Positions 35,609 through 45,495 are shown, numbered from the stretch's first letter. The stretch is DNA of 64,000 nt from an uncultured SAR86 cluster bacterium (GCA_902579195.1 CACHFV010000003.1:20877-84876); one strand, 5' to 3'. The notes: a model not told the origin generated them from the letters alone. Program-made: numbers and translations.

Positions 35609-36876
35609 GATTTGGTAACTTCGGAGAAAACTTTAGCAATCTTTTCAATTCCCCAATCAAGCTCCTCTTTAGTTACAACCAAAGGAGGTGCAAATCTGAT
35701 GGTGCTTTCATGAGTTTCTTTACATAAGATGCCTGCTTCTAATAGAGTTTTTGAAAGCTCATTTCCTGATATGTATTTTTGATCGATTTCAACACCAAGC
35801 CATAAACCCATACCTCTAATCTCAACAATAAGTTCGCTATTGAGTGCTGTAAGCTGTTCTTTAAAATAATTGCCCATAACTCTGCTGTTTTCTATTAAAT
35901 TTTCTTCATATAGAAGTTCAAGTGATCTTTTTGCCAGAGCAGAGGCCAGCGGATTGCCTCCAAATGTTGATCCATGAGAGCCTGGATCCATCCAGCTCAA
36001 CACTTCTTCAGAGCTTAAAAAAACTGATACCGGCATAAACCCACCACCAAGGGCTTTCCCAAGAATTAAGCCATCTGGCTGTACATCACACGAATTCTCG
36101 CCACATGAACATTGACCGCATGAGTGTTGATATGCAAACAATTTGCCTGTTCGTCCCAAACCAGACTGAATCTCATCAAGAATCATTAGAACATTGTGTT
36201 TAGTGCAGATTGCTCGGACCTCATTGAGGTAATTATCTGGCGGAACAATTATTCCACCTTCACCCTGAATTGGCTCGATAATAACTGCTGCTGTGTTTGG
36301 GGTAATTGCATCTTCAATCGCTTTGCTTGAACCATATTCTACTGCCACAAAACCTGGAGTATGGGGACCAAAGTCTTTTCTAGAATTTTCGTCTGTAGAG
36401 AAACTAATTATTGTTGTGGTTCTGCCATGAAAATTTCCTTCAGCAACAATTATTTCAGCTTTATTCTCCTCAACTTTTTTTGTTCGATAAGCCCATCGTC
36501 TTGAAGATTTAATTGCAGTCTCAACTGCTTCTGCTCCAGAATTCATTGGCAAAGCCATTTCAAACCCAGTCATCTGAGTTATTGTTTCTAAATATGGCCC
36601 AAGTGTATCTGTATAGAATGCTCTTGAAGTCAAAGAGAGCCTGCTGGACTGATCATGAAAACTTTTTAATAACACTGGGTGCGCATGGCCATGGCTTACG
36701 GCAGAGTAACCAGACATCATATCTAGATATTTTTTTTCACTTACGTCCCAAACCCAAACGCCTTTGGCTTTTGATAAAACAACTGGAAGTGGTTTGTAGT
36801 TGTCTGGCCCGTAAATTGACTCTTTTTTTATAAAGCTTTTTTGAATATCATCTAACACTGACATTATTTTAATCAC
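35605..36876 (-). CDS. rocD: Class-III PLP aminotransferase, ornithine aminotransferase-like, with a Cys-rich insertion
   Basis: NYKPLPVVL..AKGVWVWD, SGAEAVE..K, DEIQSGLGRTGK and the PLP-lysine context ILGKALGGG (OAT-type LGKALSGG). An extra segment SCGQCSCGENSC lies before the lysine loop. Confidence 0.7.
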   Translation of the reverse strand: MIKIMSVLDDIQKSFIKKESIYGPDNYKPLPVVLSKAKGVWVWDVSEKKYLDMMSGYSAVSHGHAHPVLLKSFHDQSSRLSLTSRAFYTDTLGPYLETITQMTGFEMALPMNSGAEAVETAIKSSRRWAYRTKKVEENKAEIIVAEGNFHGRTTTIISFSTDENSRKDFGPHTPGFVAVEYGSSKAIEDAITPNTAAVIIEPIQGEGGIIVPPDNYLNEVRAICTKHNVLMILDEIQSGLGRTGKLFAYQHSCGQCSCGENSCDVQPDGLILGKALGGGFMPVSVFLSSEEVLSWMDPGSHGSTFGGNPLASALAKRSLELLYEENLIENSRVMGNYFKEQLTALNSELIVEIRGMGLWLGVEIDQKYISGNELSKTLLEAGILCKETHESTIRFAPPLVVTKEELDWGIEKIAKVFSEVTKS

Positions 36877-36902
36877 AAAGCATAAGAACTGCTAGGGCAA
36901 AG

Positions 36903-37799
36903 ATGGGAATAAAACAATCAAGCAATCATATCTTCATGATCGAGCCAAAAACTTTTTTCATGAATCCTGAAACACTTGCCTCCAACCATTACCAAGATGG
37001 AGGTGATGAAAACCCTGAACACATTACGGCCCAAGCAAAAGATGAATTTTTTGCACTAAAAAATGCTATTGAACAGAATGGCGTAACTGTTACAAGCATG
37101 CTTGGCAGCGAGCTTTGTCCTGATCATATTTTTCCAAATTGGTTTATAACTTTTGAAGATAAAACTGCCCAATTATTTAGTATGTGTGCCCCAAACCGAA
37201 GGTTAGAGAAAACACCGGAGATGGTTGGCTTTCTAAAAGAGCATTATTCTTTGACAGACAATTTATCCAACTTTGAAAATGAAAATATATTTCTTGAATC
37301 AACTAGTAGCATGGTTTTTGATCGGGTAAATAAAATTGTTTATGCAACGCCTTCCCCAAGAACTAATGAGGAATTATTAAGAACTTGGTGTGCGGACAAT
37401 GGATTTAAACTTGTATGCTTTGAAACAGAAAGTCACACAGGAGAAGCGATCTATCACACTGATGTTCTGATGTATGTTGGCACAAGCCTAATTGGAATAT
37501 GCTACGAAGTGATAAAAGAGGAGTGCAGAGACATGGTAAAAGAACATGTAGAAAAATATCATGATGTCCTTGAAATAACCAAAGATCAGATTCTAGATTT
37601 TTGTGGGAATAGTTTGGAAGCAAGAGATGAAAACGATAATCTCTATTTGATTATGTCTTCAAGAGCATTTCATGCGCATACAGAAGATCAAAGAAAAAAA
37701 TTAGCTCAACATTTTACAGAAGTAATTCATGCAGATATCCCTACCATAGAAAGCTATGGCGGGGGATCTGCTAGATGTATGCTTTCGGAACTATTCTGA
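36903..37799 (+). CDS. Amidinotransferase-fold (guanidino-group-modifying enzyme: DDAH / arginine deiminase / citrulline-utilisation type) protein
   Basis: 298 aa. N-terminus IFMIEPKTFFMNPET. Internal IYHTDVLM, and a C-terminal catalytic-Cys context GGGSARCMLSELF typical of this superfamily. Divergent from the aminotransferase gene. Confidence 0.6.
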   Translation: MGIKQSSNHIFMIEPKTFFMNPETLASNHYQDGGDENPEHITAQAKDEFFALKNAIEQNGVTVTSMLGSELCPDHIFPNWFITFEDKTAQLFSMCAPNRRLEKTPEMVGFLKEHYSLTDNLSNFENENIFLESTSSMVFDRVNKIVYATPSPRTNEELLRTWCADNGFKLVCFETESHTGEAIYHTDVLMYVGTSLIGICYEVIKEECRDMVKEHVEKYHDVLEITKDQILDFCGNSLEARDENDNLYLIMSSRAFHAHTEDQRKKLAQHFTEVIHADIPTIESYGGGSARCMLSELF

Positions 37800-39857
37800 G
37801 TCAGCAAATTCCAGTTTTACTTTGCCATCTCTTCTGATTTCAGTAACTTTAACCCTGATGTTGTCACCTTCATTAATGACATCAGTTAAATGTTCAAAAT
37901 CCTGTTTAAATTGTGATATGTGAAGCAAGCCATCTTTTCCAGGCATGAATGTTACAAAGGCACCAAACTCAACTATTTTTGCGACAACAGCATCGTACTC
38001 TTTGCCTTCTTCAGGCTCAGCACACATGAGTTCAATTTTTTCCTTAGCTGCTTCTGCAACTGCTTTGTTTTCTCCAAAGACGCTTACACTTCCGTCATCT
38101 TGTAACTCGATAGTTACACCAAACTCATCCTGTAGTCCTTTTATAGTTGAACCACCTTTTCCAATAACAACCTTTACCTTGTCTTTATGAACTTTGAATT
38201 TGCAGAAATATGGAGCCAAGCTAGTCAGTTCATTGGTTTTTGGCATAGCCTCATCCATGATCCCAAGGATATGCATTCTTGCATCGCGAGCTTGCGTAAG
38301 AGCTTTTTCTAAAATTTCTTCGTTTATCCCCTCGATTTTGATATCCATCTGTAAGCCTGAAACACCATTTTTTGTTCCAGCAACTTTAAAATCCATATCT
38401 CCAAGATGATCTTCATCTCCAAGAATATCAGTTAGAACTTCAAAACGATCTCCATCCTTAATTAGGCCCATAGCAACTCCGGCTATGTTTTCTTCAACTG
38501 GCACACCTGCCGCTCTAAGAGCTAAACAGCCACCACAAACAGAAGCCATTGAGCTTGATCCATTTGACTCAGTAATTTCACTTACAACCCTTATTGCATA
38601 TGGGAATTCCTCAAGTGTTGGCACTGCAAATCGAAGCGATCTTTTTGCTAACGCTCCATGCCCTATTTCTCTTCTCTTTGGACCCATTGGGAAACCTAAC
38701 TCACCTACGCTGTAGCTTGGGAAATTATAATGAAGCATGAAGTTGTCTTTTGTTTCGCCGGCTAATGCATCCACGATTTGAACATCTTTAGATGATCCAA
38801 GTGTTGCAGTAACAATAGCCTGTGTCTCACCTCGAGTAAAAAGTGCTGAACCATGAACTGAAGGAAGGAAATTTGTTTCAATCGAAATGTCTCTGACTTC
38901 AGTCAAACTTCTACCGTCAATTCTTTTTTGCTCTGAAAGCACATTTTCTCTGACAACGTCCTTCTCAACTTCCTTAAACTGCTTCAAATAATCGTCATGC
39001 TTCTCTTCGTCTAAACCTTCAAGCAATTGATCTTTAATAGCAGAGATCTTCCCGCCACGTTCTTTCTTGTCTACAGTCGTAAACGCATCTGCCAGGGCTG
39101 CTCTATGATTTGAATTAACTTCATCGAATACCTTTTGCTCTTCATCTGCATGAGCATTTACGTATTCTTTCTTTTCAGGAAGAACCTCATACGCAAATTC
39201 ATTGATTCCTTTAATAACAGACTGCATTTCTTGGTGAGCAAATAAAATACCACCAATCATCAAATCTTCACTAAGCTCATTTGCATCAGACTCAACCATT
39301 AAAACTGCACTTTCTGTACCCGCAACAACCATATCAAGATCTGAATTTGGCATATCAGCAAATGATGGATTCAAGACATACTCATCATTAATGAAACCAA
39401 CTCTTGCCCCACCAATTGGACCATTAAATGGCACATCAGCAATAGACATTGCCGCAGAAGCAGCCAGCATGGCTACAACATCAGGCGGATTTTCTTTATC
39501 CAGTGATATCAACATACAATTTACTTGAACCTCTTGAGTAAAGAAGTCTGGGAAAAGAGGGCGCAAAGGTCTATCAATCAACCTAGAAGTTAAAGTTTCG
39601 AACTCAGTAGGTCTTGCTTCTCTTTTAAAATATCCACCAGGAATTTTCCCAGCAGCATATGTTTTTTCTGAATAGTGGACACTCAATGGGAAAAAGTCAC
39701 GTCTTTCCTCATCAGCTTTTGTTACGATGGCGCACATCACAACAGTATTTCCCATTGAGGCAATTACTGATGCTGTGGCTTGTCGTGCGATTTTGCCTGT
39801 TTCCAATACAAGCTTTTTCGATCCCACTGGGATCTCTTTTCTTACAATTTTTTTCAT
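37791..39857 (-). CDS. pnp: Polyribonucleotide nucleotidyltransferase (PNPase)
   Basis: 688 aa with two RNase PH domains (e.g. RIDGR, GSSSMASVCGG), a KH domain (GKGGSTIK) and a C-terminal S1 domain (VAKIVEFGAFV). Confidence 0.97.
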   Translation of the reverse strand: MKKIVRKEIPVGSKKLVLETGKIARQATASVIASMGNTVVMCAIVTKADEERRDFFPLSVHYSEKTYAAGKIPGGYFKREARPTEFETLTSRLIDRPLRPLFPDFFTQEVQVNCMLISLDKENPPDVVAMLAASAAMSIADVPFNGPIGGARVGFINDEYVLNPSFADMPNSDLDMVVAGTESAVLMVESDANELSEDLMIGGILFAHQEMQSVIKGINEFAYEVLPEKKEYVNAHADEEQKVFDEVNSNHRAALADAFTTVDKKERGGKISAIKDQLLEGLDEEKHDDYLKQFKEVEKDVVRENVLSEQKRIDGRSLTEVRDISIETNFLPSVHGSALFTRGETQAIVTATLGSSKDVQIVDALAGETKDNFMLHYNFPSYSVGELGFPMGPKRREIGHGALAKRSLRFAVPTLEEFPYAIRVVSEITESNGSSSMASVCGGCLALRAAGVPVEENIAGVAMGLIKDGDRFEVLTDILGDEDHLGDMDFKVAGTKNGVSGLQMDIKIEGINEEILEKALTQARDARMHILGIMDEAMPKTNELTSLAPYFCKFKVHKDKVKVVIGKGGSTIKGLQDEFGVTIELQDDGSVSVFGENKAVAEAAKEKIELMCAEPEEGKEYDAVVAKIVEFGAFVTFMPGKDGLLHISQFKQDFEHLTDVINEGDNIRVKVTEIRRDGKVKLEFADSE

Positions 39858-39858
39858 A

Positions 39859-40128
39859 TTAATCTCTTAGTTTTAAGTCTTTGACAAGCTTTGTATAAGC
39901 CTGAAGATCTGATTTCTTTAGATATGTAAGCAATTTCTTTCTATCACTTACAATTTGCAATAATCCAGTTCTGGAATGATTGTCCTTTTTATGTGTCTTA
40001 AAATGACCCTGCAGGTCTTCGATTCTTTTTGTTAGAAGTGCTATCTGCACAGCTGTAGAACCGGTATCATTCTCATCTTTACCAAACTTCTTAACAACAT
40101 CTAATGTTTCATCTTTTGTTAAACTCAT
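39859..40128 (-). CDS. rpsO: 30S ribosomal protein S15
   Basis: DTGSTAVQIALLT.RI..L..HFK.HKKD.HSR.GLL is the S15 signature. 89 aa. Confidence 0.95.
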   Translation of the reverse strand: MSLTKDETLDVVKKFGKDENDTGSTAVQIALLTKRIEDLQGHFKTHKKDNHSRTGLLQIVSDRKKLLTYLKKSDLQAYTKLVKDLKLRD

Positions 40129-40144
40129 TTTTTCTTTTTCTCCT

Positions 40145-41011
40145 TTACGATAAAACTTTTACAGGCTGAACTTTCATATCTTCTTCAACCTTTCCAATAC
40201 CTAAAAATTCCTCTTGGGCAAACACCATAAATTGGCCTGTTTTTGTATTATTTTCTGGCTCAACCTTTGAACCGTTTCGAAACTTATTTACCTCAGTAGA
40301 ACTTATATTTATTCTTGGAATATTAATTAAAATTTCTTCAACCCGCTTAACATACTGCATTTTTGCTTGATTGTCCAAGTTTTTTAGGGCTTCAAAACTT
40401 ATAGAATCGTCTATTGATAAGTTGCCAAATCTAGTGCGTTTTAAATTAGATAACACTGCTGTTGTACCTAGCATCTTCGCAATATCACAACCTAGTGTTC
40501 TTACATATGTTCCTTTGCTGCAATTAACTTGAATGGAAAAGTTAGGATAATCATATTCGATCAAATCTAAACTAGTAATTTCTATTTCTTGCTCTCTACG
40601 CTCAAACTTTTCACCCTTTCTTGCCAACTTATACATTGGAACCCCTTTAATTTTTTTTGCTGAATATTCGGGTGCTAATTGATTAATTTTTCCTATAAAA
40701 CTCTGCAAAACCACCTTAATATCATTCTTTGATGGCTCTTTTGAGTTCGGGTGATATTCAAGCTGGCCAGTAATATCTTCAGTGTTTGAAGATAATCCTA
40801 GGACAAATTCTGCCACATATTCTTTTGAATCGTTTGCTATGTATTCAATAAAACGTGTTGAGTTGTTAAAAAAGATAGGTAGGACACCTGTAGCCAATGG
40901 ATCTAATGTTCCACCATGTCCTGCTTTTTTAAATTTCATTTCTTTTTGTACATCTTTAATAGCTTTAAAAGATGTTACATTTTTTTCTTTATTGAGAATT
41001 ATTACTGACAT
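40145..41011 (-). CDS. truB: tRNA pseudouridine(55) synthase
   Basis: KAGHGGTLDPLATGVLPI carries the catalytic Asp motif. rbfA-truB-rpsO order. Confidence 0.9.
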   Translation of the reverse strand: MSVIILNKEKNVTSFKAIKDVQKEMKFKKAGHGGTLDPLATGVLPIFFNNSTRFIEYIANDSKEYVAEFVLGLSSNTEDITGQLEYHPNSKEPSKNDIKVVLQSFIGKINQLAPEYSAKKIKGVPMYKLARKGEKFERREQEIEITSLDLIEYDYPNFSIQVNCSKGTYVRTLGCDIAKMLGTTAVLSNLKRTRFGNLSIDDSISFEALKNLDNQAKMQYVKRVEEILINIPRINISSTEVNKFRNGSKVEPENNTKTGQFMVFAQEEFLGIGKVEEDMKVQPVKVLS

Positions 41012-41349
41012 TAATCAATTTCATCAATTATTGAATCAATCTTCCTTACGTTATCTAAATGATCATCGTAAATGAATCTAAGCTCTGGAACTCTTTTTAT
41101 TGGCAATGAATTTGATAAATCTTTTCGAATACGCCATGCATTATTATTTAGCAGAGCTTGAAGCTCTTTTTCACTAAGTTTGCTGTTTATGGTTGTAAAA
41201 AAAACTTTCGCTTTTGATAAATCACGTGACGTTTCAACGTGGTTAATACTCATAAAGCCACATTGATCTTTAAGGTCTGAATTGATTATTAAATTAGCTA
41301 TTTCTTTTTTTAGGTTGTCGCTAACTCTTATTATTCTGTCTCTCTCCAT
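41011..41349 (-). CDS. rbfA: Ribosome-binding factor A
   Basis: 112 aa. R...V...L.KEIA.LI and ...P.L.F.YD pattern. Lies between infB and truB. Confidence 0.85.
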   Translation of the reverse strand: MERDRIIRVSDNLKKEIANLIINSDLKDQCGFMSINHVETSRDLSKAKVFFTTINSKLSEKELQALLNNNAWRIRKDLSNSLPIKRVPELRFIYDDHLDNVRKIDSIIDEID

Positions 41350-43430
41350 TAAAGCGATCTTTTCTCTTCTTTTTGTTCAAAATTTTCAATCATATCTCCA
41401 GGCTTAATATCAAGATAATTTTTGATACCAATACCGCATTCAGTTCCATTTTGAACTTCTTTTACGTCATCTTTAAACCTTCTTAGAGAGTCAAGCTCGC
41501 CCTCATGAATCACAACACTATCTCTAAGCACTCTGACATGCTTCTCTCTTCTTACAAGCCCCTCAACAACCAAGCATCCAGCTACAAGACCAAACTCAGG
41601 TGATTTAAACACTTCTTTTACTTCAGCAGTTCCTAATATCTTTTCAGAATAAATTGGGTTGAGCAGCCCTGACAGCAATCTTTTTATATCTTCAATCAGA
41701 TCATAGATAACGCTGTAATAACTAGCTTCAATTCCCTTCTCTTCAAGAATTTTTTTGGCTTTGTTATCTGAACGAACATTAAAGCCTATGATTCTAGCGC
41801 CTGTTGTTATGGCTAAATTCACATCAGATTCTGTGATTCCACCAACACCTGAACTCACTATATCTACATCAACTTCTTCGTTGCCAATTTTTAAAAGAGA
41901 GTTATTAATAGCTTCGCTAGTACCTGCAACATCTGATTTCACAATAATTCTTAATTTGTTGATCTTTTCTTGATCAAGTAAATCGAAGGCAGTTTGAGAT
42001 GTCATGACATTCTTATCGTTTATGTCTTTGAGATAGGACAACCTTGCATCAATGATAGCTCTGGCATCTTTTTCATTGCTCATTATATTGAAGACTTCAC
42101 CTGCAGAAACACAATCTTCAAGCCCTAAAACTTCAACAGGTGTTGATGGTCCAGCTTCTTTTACTTGCTCCCCAAGACTATTTATAAGAGACTTGATTCG
42201 TCCTTTCTTTTCTCCTGCGACGACAGTATCACCAACCTTCAATATTCCTTTTTGAACTAAGAAAGTGCCAAGAGGACCTTTGAACCTATCTAATTGTGAC
42301 TCAAGAACAACCCCAGTAGCATTGCCTTTTGTTGGAGCCTTCAATTCAAGCATTTCTGATTCAAGCTCAATAGCATCCAAAATATCATCTATACCTTTTT
42401 TGGTTAAAGCTGATACTGGAATCATTTGTTGTTTGCCGCCCCAATCCTCTGGAACAAGCTCGTATTTGGCAAGATCACCTTTGACCTTGTCTATGTCTGC
42501 AGCATCAAGATCAACTTTATTAATAGCAACAATTATTGGAACCTCAGCTGCTTTTGCATGTGTAATGGCCTCGATAGTCTGAGGTTTAACACTATCATTT
42601 GCTGCAACTACCAAAATTACAATATCTGTTGTGTTGGCACCTCTCGCACGCATAGCTGTGAAAGCCTCGTGTCCTGGTGTATCTATAAACGTAATTTTTC
42701 CGGTTTTAGTTTTAACTTCATATGCTGCAATGTGTTGAGTAATTCCACCCGATTCGCCGTCCACAACATTCGTTGATTTAATTGCATCAAGCAGTGAGGT
42801 TTTTCCATGATCAACATGACCCATCACTGTAACCACAGGATGACGTTTGGTTTGTGTTTCTTGGTCTGAAAAACTTAATTCAACCTGTGGGTAAGAAAGT
42901 TGCTCTTCGCTGAGTTTTTGTTCTTCTTCAAACTTAACTTGAAAACCAAACTCCTCTGCTACTAAAACTGCAGTTTCTTGATCAACTTCATCATTTAAAG
43001 ATGCCATCTCACCAAGCTCCATGAGTTTTTTGACAACCTCATTACCTCTTCGGCTTAGCTTTCTTGAAAGGTCATTAACCCTAATTGAACCATTGATGTT
43101 TACAGTTTTCTTAACTTTTGTATCTTCTGCTGGTTCTTTTTCTACCTTTGGCTTCTGCTTTGGCTTGTCTGCAACTCTTGGACTATGCTTAAATTCTTTT
43201 TTTGGTTGTGGTTGAGGCGAAGGAACTGGTGGTGCTACCTCAACAGCAGCAGTTGGTTTTGCAGGTGCATCTTTTGAGCTTCTAATGTAGGAAAGTAGTT
43301 TTTGTTTGTCTTCTGTGGATACAAGATCATCTACGCTTTTATGCGATAACCCTGCATCTATCATTTTTCTAAGAAGGACTTCAGGATCTATCTTAAGAAT
43401 CTCGGAAAGTTTTTTTACAGATATATCCAT
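41349..43430 (-). CDS. infB: Translation initiation factor IF-2
   Basis: G domain VVTVMGHVDHGKTSLLD, DTPGHEAF and NKVD. Pro/Lys-rich N-terminal linker. 693 aa. Confidence 0.97.
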   Translation of the reverse strand: MDISVKKLSEILKIDPEVLLRKMIDAGLSHKSVDDLVSTEDKQKLLSYIRSSKDAPAKPTAAVEVAPPVPSPQPQPKKEFKHSPRVADKPKQKPKVEKEPAEDTKVKKTVNINGSIRVNDLSRKLSRRGNEVVKKLMELGEMASLNDEVDQETAVLVAEEFGFQVKFEEEQKLSEEQLSYPQVELSFSDQETQTKRHPVVTVMGHVDHGKTSLLDAIKSTNVVDGESGGITQHIAAYEVKTKTGKITFIDTPGHEAFTAMRARGANTTDIVILVVAANDSVKPQTIEAITHAKAAEVPIIVAINKVDLDAADIDKVKGDLAKYELVPEDWGGKQQMIPVSALTKKGIDDILDAIELESEMLELKAPTKGNATGVVLESQLDRFKGPLGTFLVQKGILKVGDTVVAGEKKGRIKSLINSLGEQVKEAGPSTPVEVLGLEDCVSAGEVFNIMSNEKDARAIIDARLSYLKDINDKNVMTSQTAFDLLDQEKINKLRIIVKSDVAGTSEAINNSLLKIGNEEVDVDIVSSGVGGITESDVNLAITTGARIIGFNVRSDNKAKKILEEKGIEASYYSVIYDLIEDIKRLLSGLLNPIYSEKILGTAEVKEVFKSPEFGLVAGCLVVEGLVRREKHVRVLRDSVVIHEGELDSLRRFKDDVKEVQNGTECGIGIKNYLDIKPGDMIENFEQKEEKRSL

Positions 43431-43442
43431 TTCTTATCCTCC

Positions 43443-44903
43443 TTAATTAAACCATGGCTTTCTAGCCTCCATGATTAGAGCTGATGCCTCTTTTTCTGTA
43501 ACTTTATCGCAAATTTCCATCAACTCACCAACTGACATCTCAGCTAAATCATCCAATTTTTTAAGATTATTGGAACTCAATGCACTAAGAACATCATTTG
43601 TTATGCCGTTTAAGTTTACAAGTGCGTCTTCCATTGTTGGATCACTAAAATCATCATTAAAAGCATCTTGTAGCATTAGTTCGTTAGCTTTATCAGTCAC
43701 TTCACTTGCTCTTTTTTGGGTTTTGAATATTTTTGATAGTGTGTCTGCATCCGCATCAACAACTTTTTCAAGCGTATCCATCCCAAACGCCATCATCTGC
43801 TCTTTTTCAGCTTCTGCAAGGCCAAGCCTCTCTGCTACTTGATCAAATTTTTCGATTAGGCTGGAATTTTGATACTCAGCAAACTGCTCTTTATTTAAAA
43901 CTTTAAAAGACCAACCAATCATTTGCGTCATTAGTCTTAAGTTTTGGCCATTTTTACCAATAATTTGCGCTTGGTTTTCTTCCTCAACTTCTAGAATTAA
44001 TGTAGATGTTCTGTCATCAACTAAAATTGAGAAGATTTTAATAGGGGCCAAACAATTGACCACAAACTCAGCAGGATTCTCACTATGAATAAAGATATCT
44101 ATTCTTTCATTACCTATTTCGTTAGAAACTGCCTGAACTCTTGATCCTCTCATTCCAACACATGCACCAACTGGATCAATTCTGCCATCATATGTTTTCA
44201 CTGCAATTTTTGACCTATAACCTGGATCCCTTGATATAGCTTTAATTTCAATGGTTCCTTCTGAAATTTCGGGAACTTCTTGTGAAAATAATTCAACTAC
44301 AAGCCTTTCATCAGTTCTGCTTAATATAATTTGAGGACCTCTTGGCGTAGATACAATTTCTTTAATCACTGCTCTGACGCGATCATTAAGTTTGAATATT
44401 TCTCCAGGAATTATTTGATCTCTTGGAATTTGTGCGTTTAAATCTTCTTCTATTTCTAACAGCAAAAAGTCTCGGTTGATTCTTTTTACTTGTCCAGATA
44501 TGACTTGTCCAACAAGGCCTTCATATTTAGCAGTAATTTTACTTCTTTCAGCTTCTCTGACTTTTTGAATAATTACTTGTTTTGCAGCTTGTGCAGAAAT
44601 TCTCCCAAAGTCTATATTTTCGATTTCAACTTTAGCGAACCCTTCAACTATTTCTTGTTTATCAACATCTGCTTCTGTAATTTCATTTACCTCATTCATG
44701 ACTTCGTCAACAATTTCCCAAGCTCTGAATGTGTTGTAGTCGCCTGTGTTTCGATCGATAACAACATTAACTAATGCTTCATCATCCAATAATTTCTTAG
44801 AGGCACTGGCAATGGCTTCTTCAAGTGCTTCGAAGATAATTTCTTTATCAACACCTTTCTCCATTGAAACAGATGCAACTACTTCTAAAATTTCTTTATT
44901 CAT
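43443..44903 (-). CDS. nusA: Transcription termination/antitermination factor NusA
   Basis: N-terminal domain MNKEILEVVASVSMEKGV, an S1 domain, two KH domains (GACVGMRGSRVQ, IGKNGQNLRL) and C-terminal acidic repeats. Confidence 0.97.
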   Translation of the reverse strand: MNKEILEVVASVSMEKGVDKEIIFEALEEAIASASKKLLDDEALVNVVIDRNTGDYNTFRAWEIVDEVMNEVNEITEADVDKQEIVEGFAKVEIENIDFGRISAQAAKQVIIQKVREAERSKITAKYEGLVGQVISGQVKRINRDFLLLEIEEDLNAQIPRDQIIPGEIFKLNDRVRAVIKEIVSTPRGPQIILSRTDERLVVELFSQEVPEISEGTIEIKAISRDPGYRSKIAVKTYDGRIDPVGACVGMRGSRVQAVSNEIGNERIDIFIHSENPAEFVVNCLAPIKIFSILVDDRTSTLILEVEEENQAQIIGKNGQNLRLMTQMIGWSFKVLNKEQFAEYQNSSLIEKFDQVAERLGLAEAEKEQMMAFGMDTLEKVVDADADTLSKIFKTQKRASEVTDKANELMLQDAFNDDFSDPTMEDALVNLNGITNDVLSALSSNNLKKLDDLAEMSVGELMEICDKVTEKEASALIMEARKPWFN

Positions 44904-45373
44904 ATTTTTCTTTTCTTTATTTGATCATCCAAATCTAATTTACACTTCTCAATATTGCTAAATTTTAGCAAAACAACATCTCCTTCTGTTTTGACAGAAA
45001 TTTCTGATTCCAAAACTTCTAGGAGAATGCCCTTAAATTTTCTAAGGTCATTGACCTTAGAGAAGAGTGATAATGATACTACATCTCCAACAAAATTTTT
45101 ATATTGATCTTTATTAAATAAAGTTCTATCTAAACCAGGAGATGAAACTTCAAAGCTTCCAAAATCTGCAAAAATTTCCTCGAATTGAAAATGGTAGTCA
45201 ATTTCTCGGCTCACCCTCTCACAATCCGTGATATCTACACCTTGTATAGCATCAATGTAAATTCTTAAAACCTGACCCTTTCCCTTTGCTGAGCTAAAGC
45301 CTAATCCCCAGAGTTCACATCCAGAATCTTCAATTATCGGCTTTAAAAAAGCCTCAATATCCTCTTTAATCAT
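44900..45373 (-). CDS. rimP: Ribosome maturation factor RimP
   Basis: IKEDIEAFLKPIIEDSGCELWGLGF...LRIYID...EVSSPGLDR is colinear with E. coli RimP. The start is ATG 45373. The ORF-track start (45406) overlaps the initiator tRNA gene. Confidence 0.88.
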   Translation of the reverse strand: MIKEDIEAFLKPIIEDSGCELWGLGFSSAKGKGQVLRIYIDAIQGVDITDCERVSREIDYHFQFEEIFADFGSFEVSSPGLDRTLFNKDQYKNFVGDVVSLSLFSKVNDLRKFKGILLEVLESEISVKTEGDVVLLKFSNIEKCKLDLDDQIKKRKI

Positions 45374-45379
45374 TACACT

Positions 45380-45456
<77 letters not shown>

Positions 45457-45466
45457 GTGACGTTAA

Positions 45467-45495
45467 AGGATAGTTAAAAGACTTAAAATCGTCAA
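45467..45495 (-). promoter_or_regulatory. Putative promoter of the tRNA-fMet-rimP-nusA-infB operon
   Basis: The reverse strand reads TTGACG (45495-45490), a 17-nt spacer, then TATCCT (45472-45467). The -10 ends 10 nt before the tRNA 5' end. Confidence 0.5.

Noticed and set aside
42265-42776. Two overlapping plus-strand ORFs (105 and 116 aa) inside infB, plus others at 41755-42255 and 43021-43215
   Set aside because: All are antisense to IF-2, whose G-domain motifs are clear. None has an RBS or any motifs.
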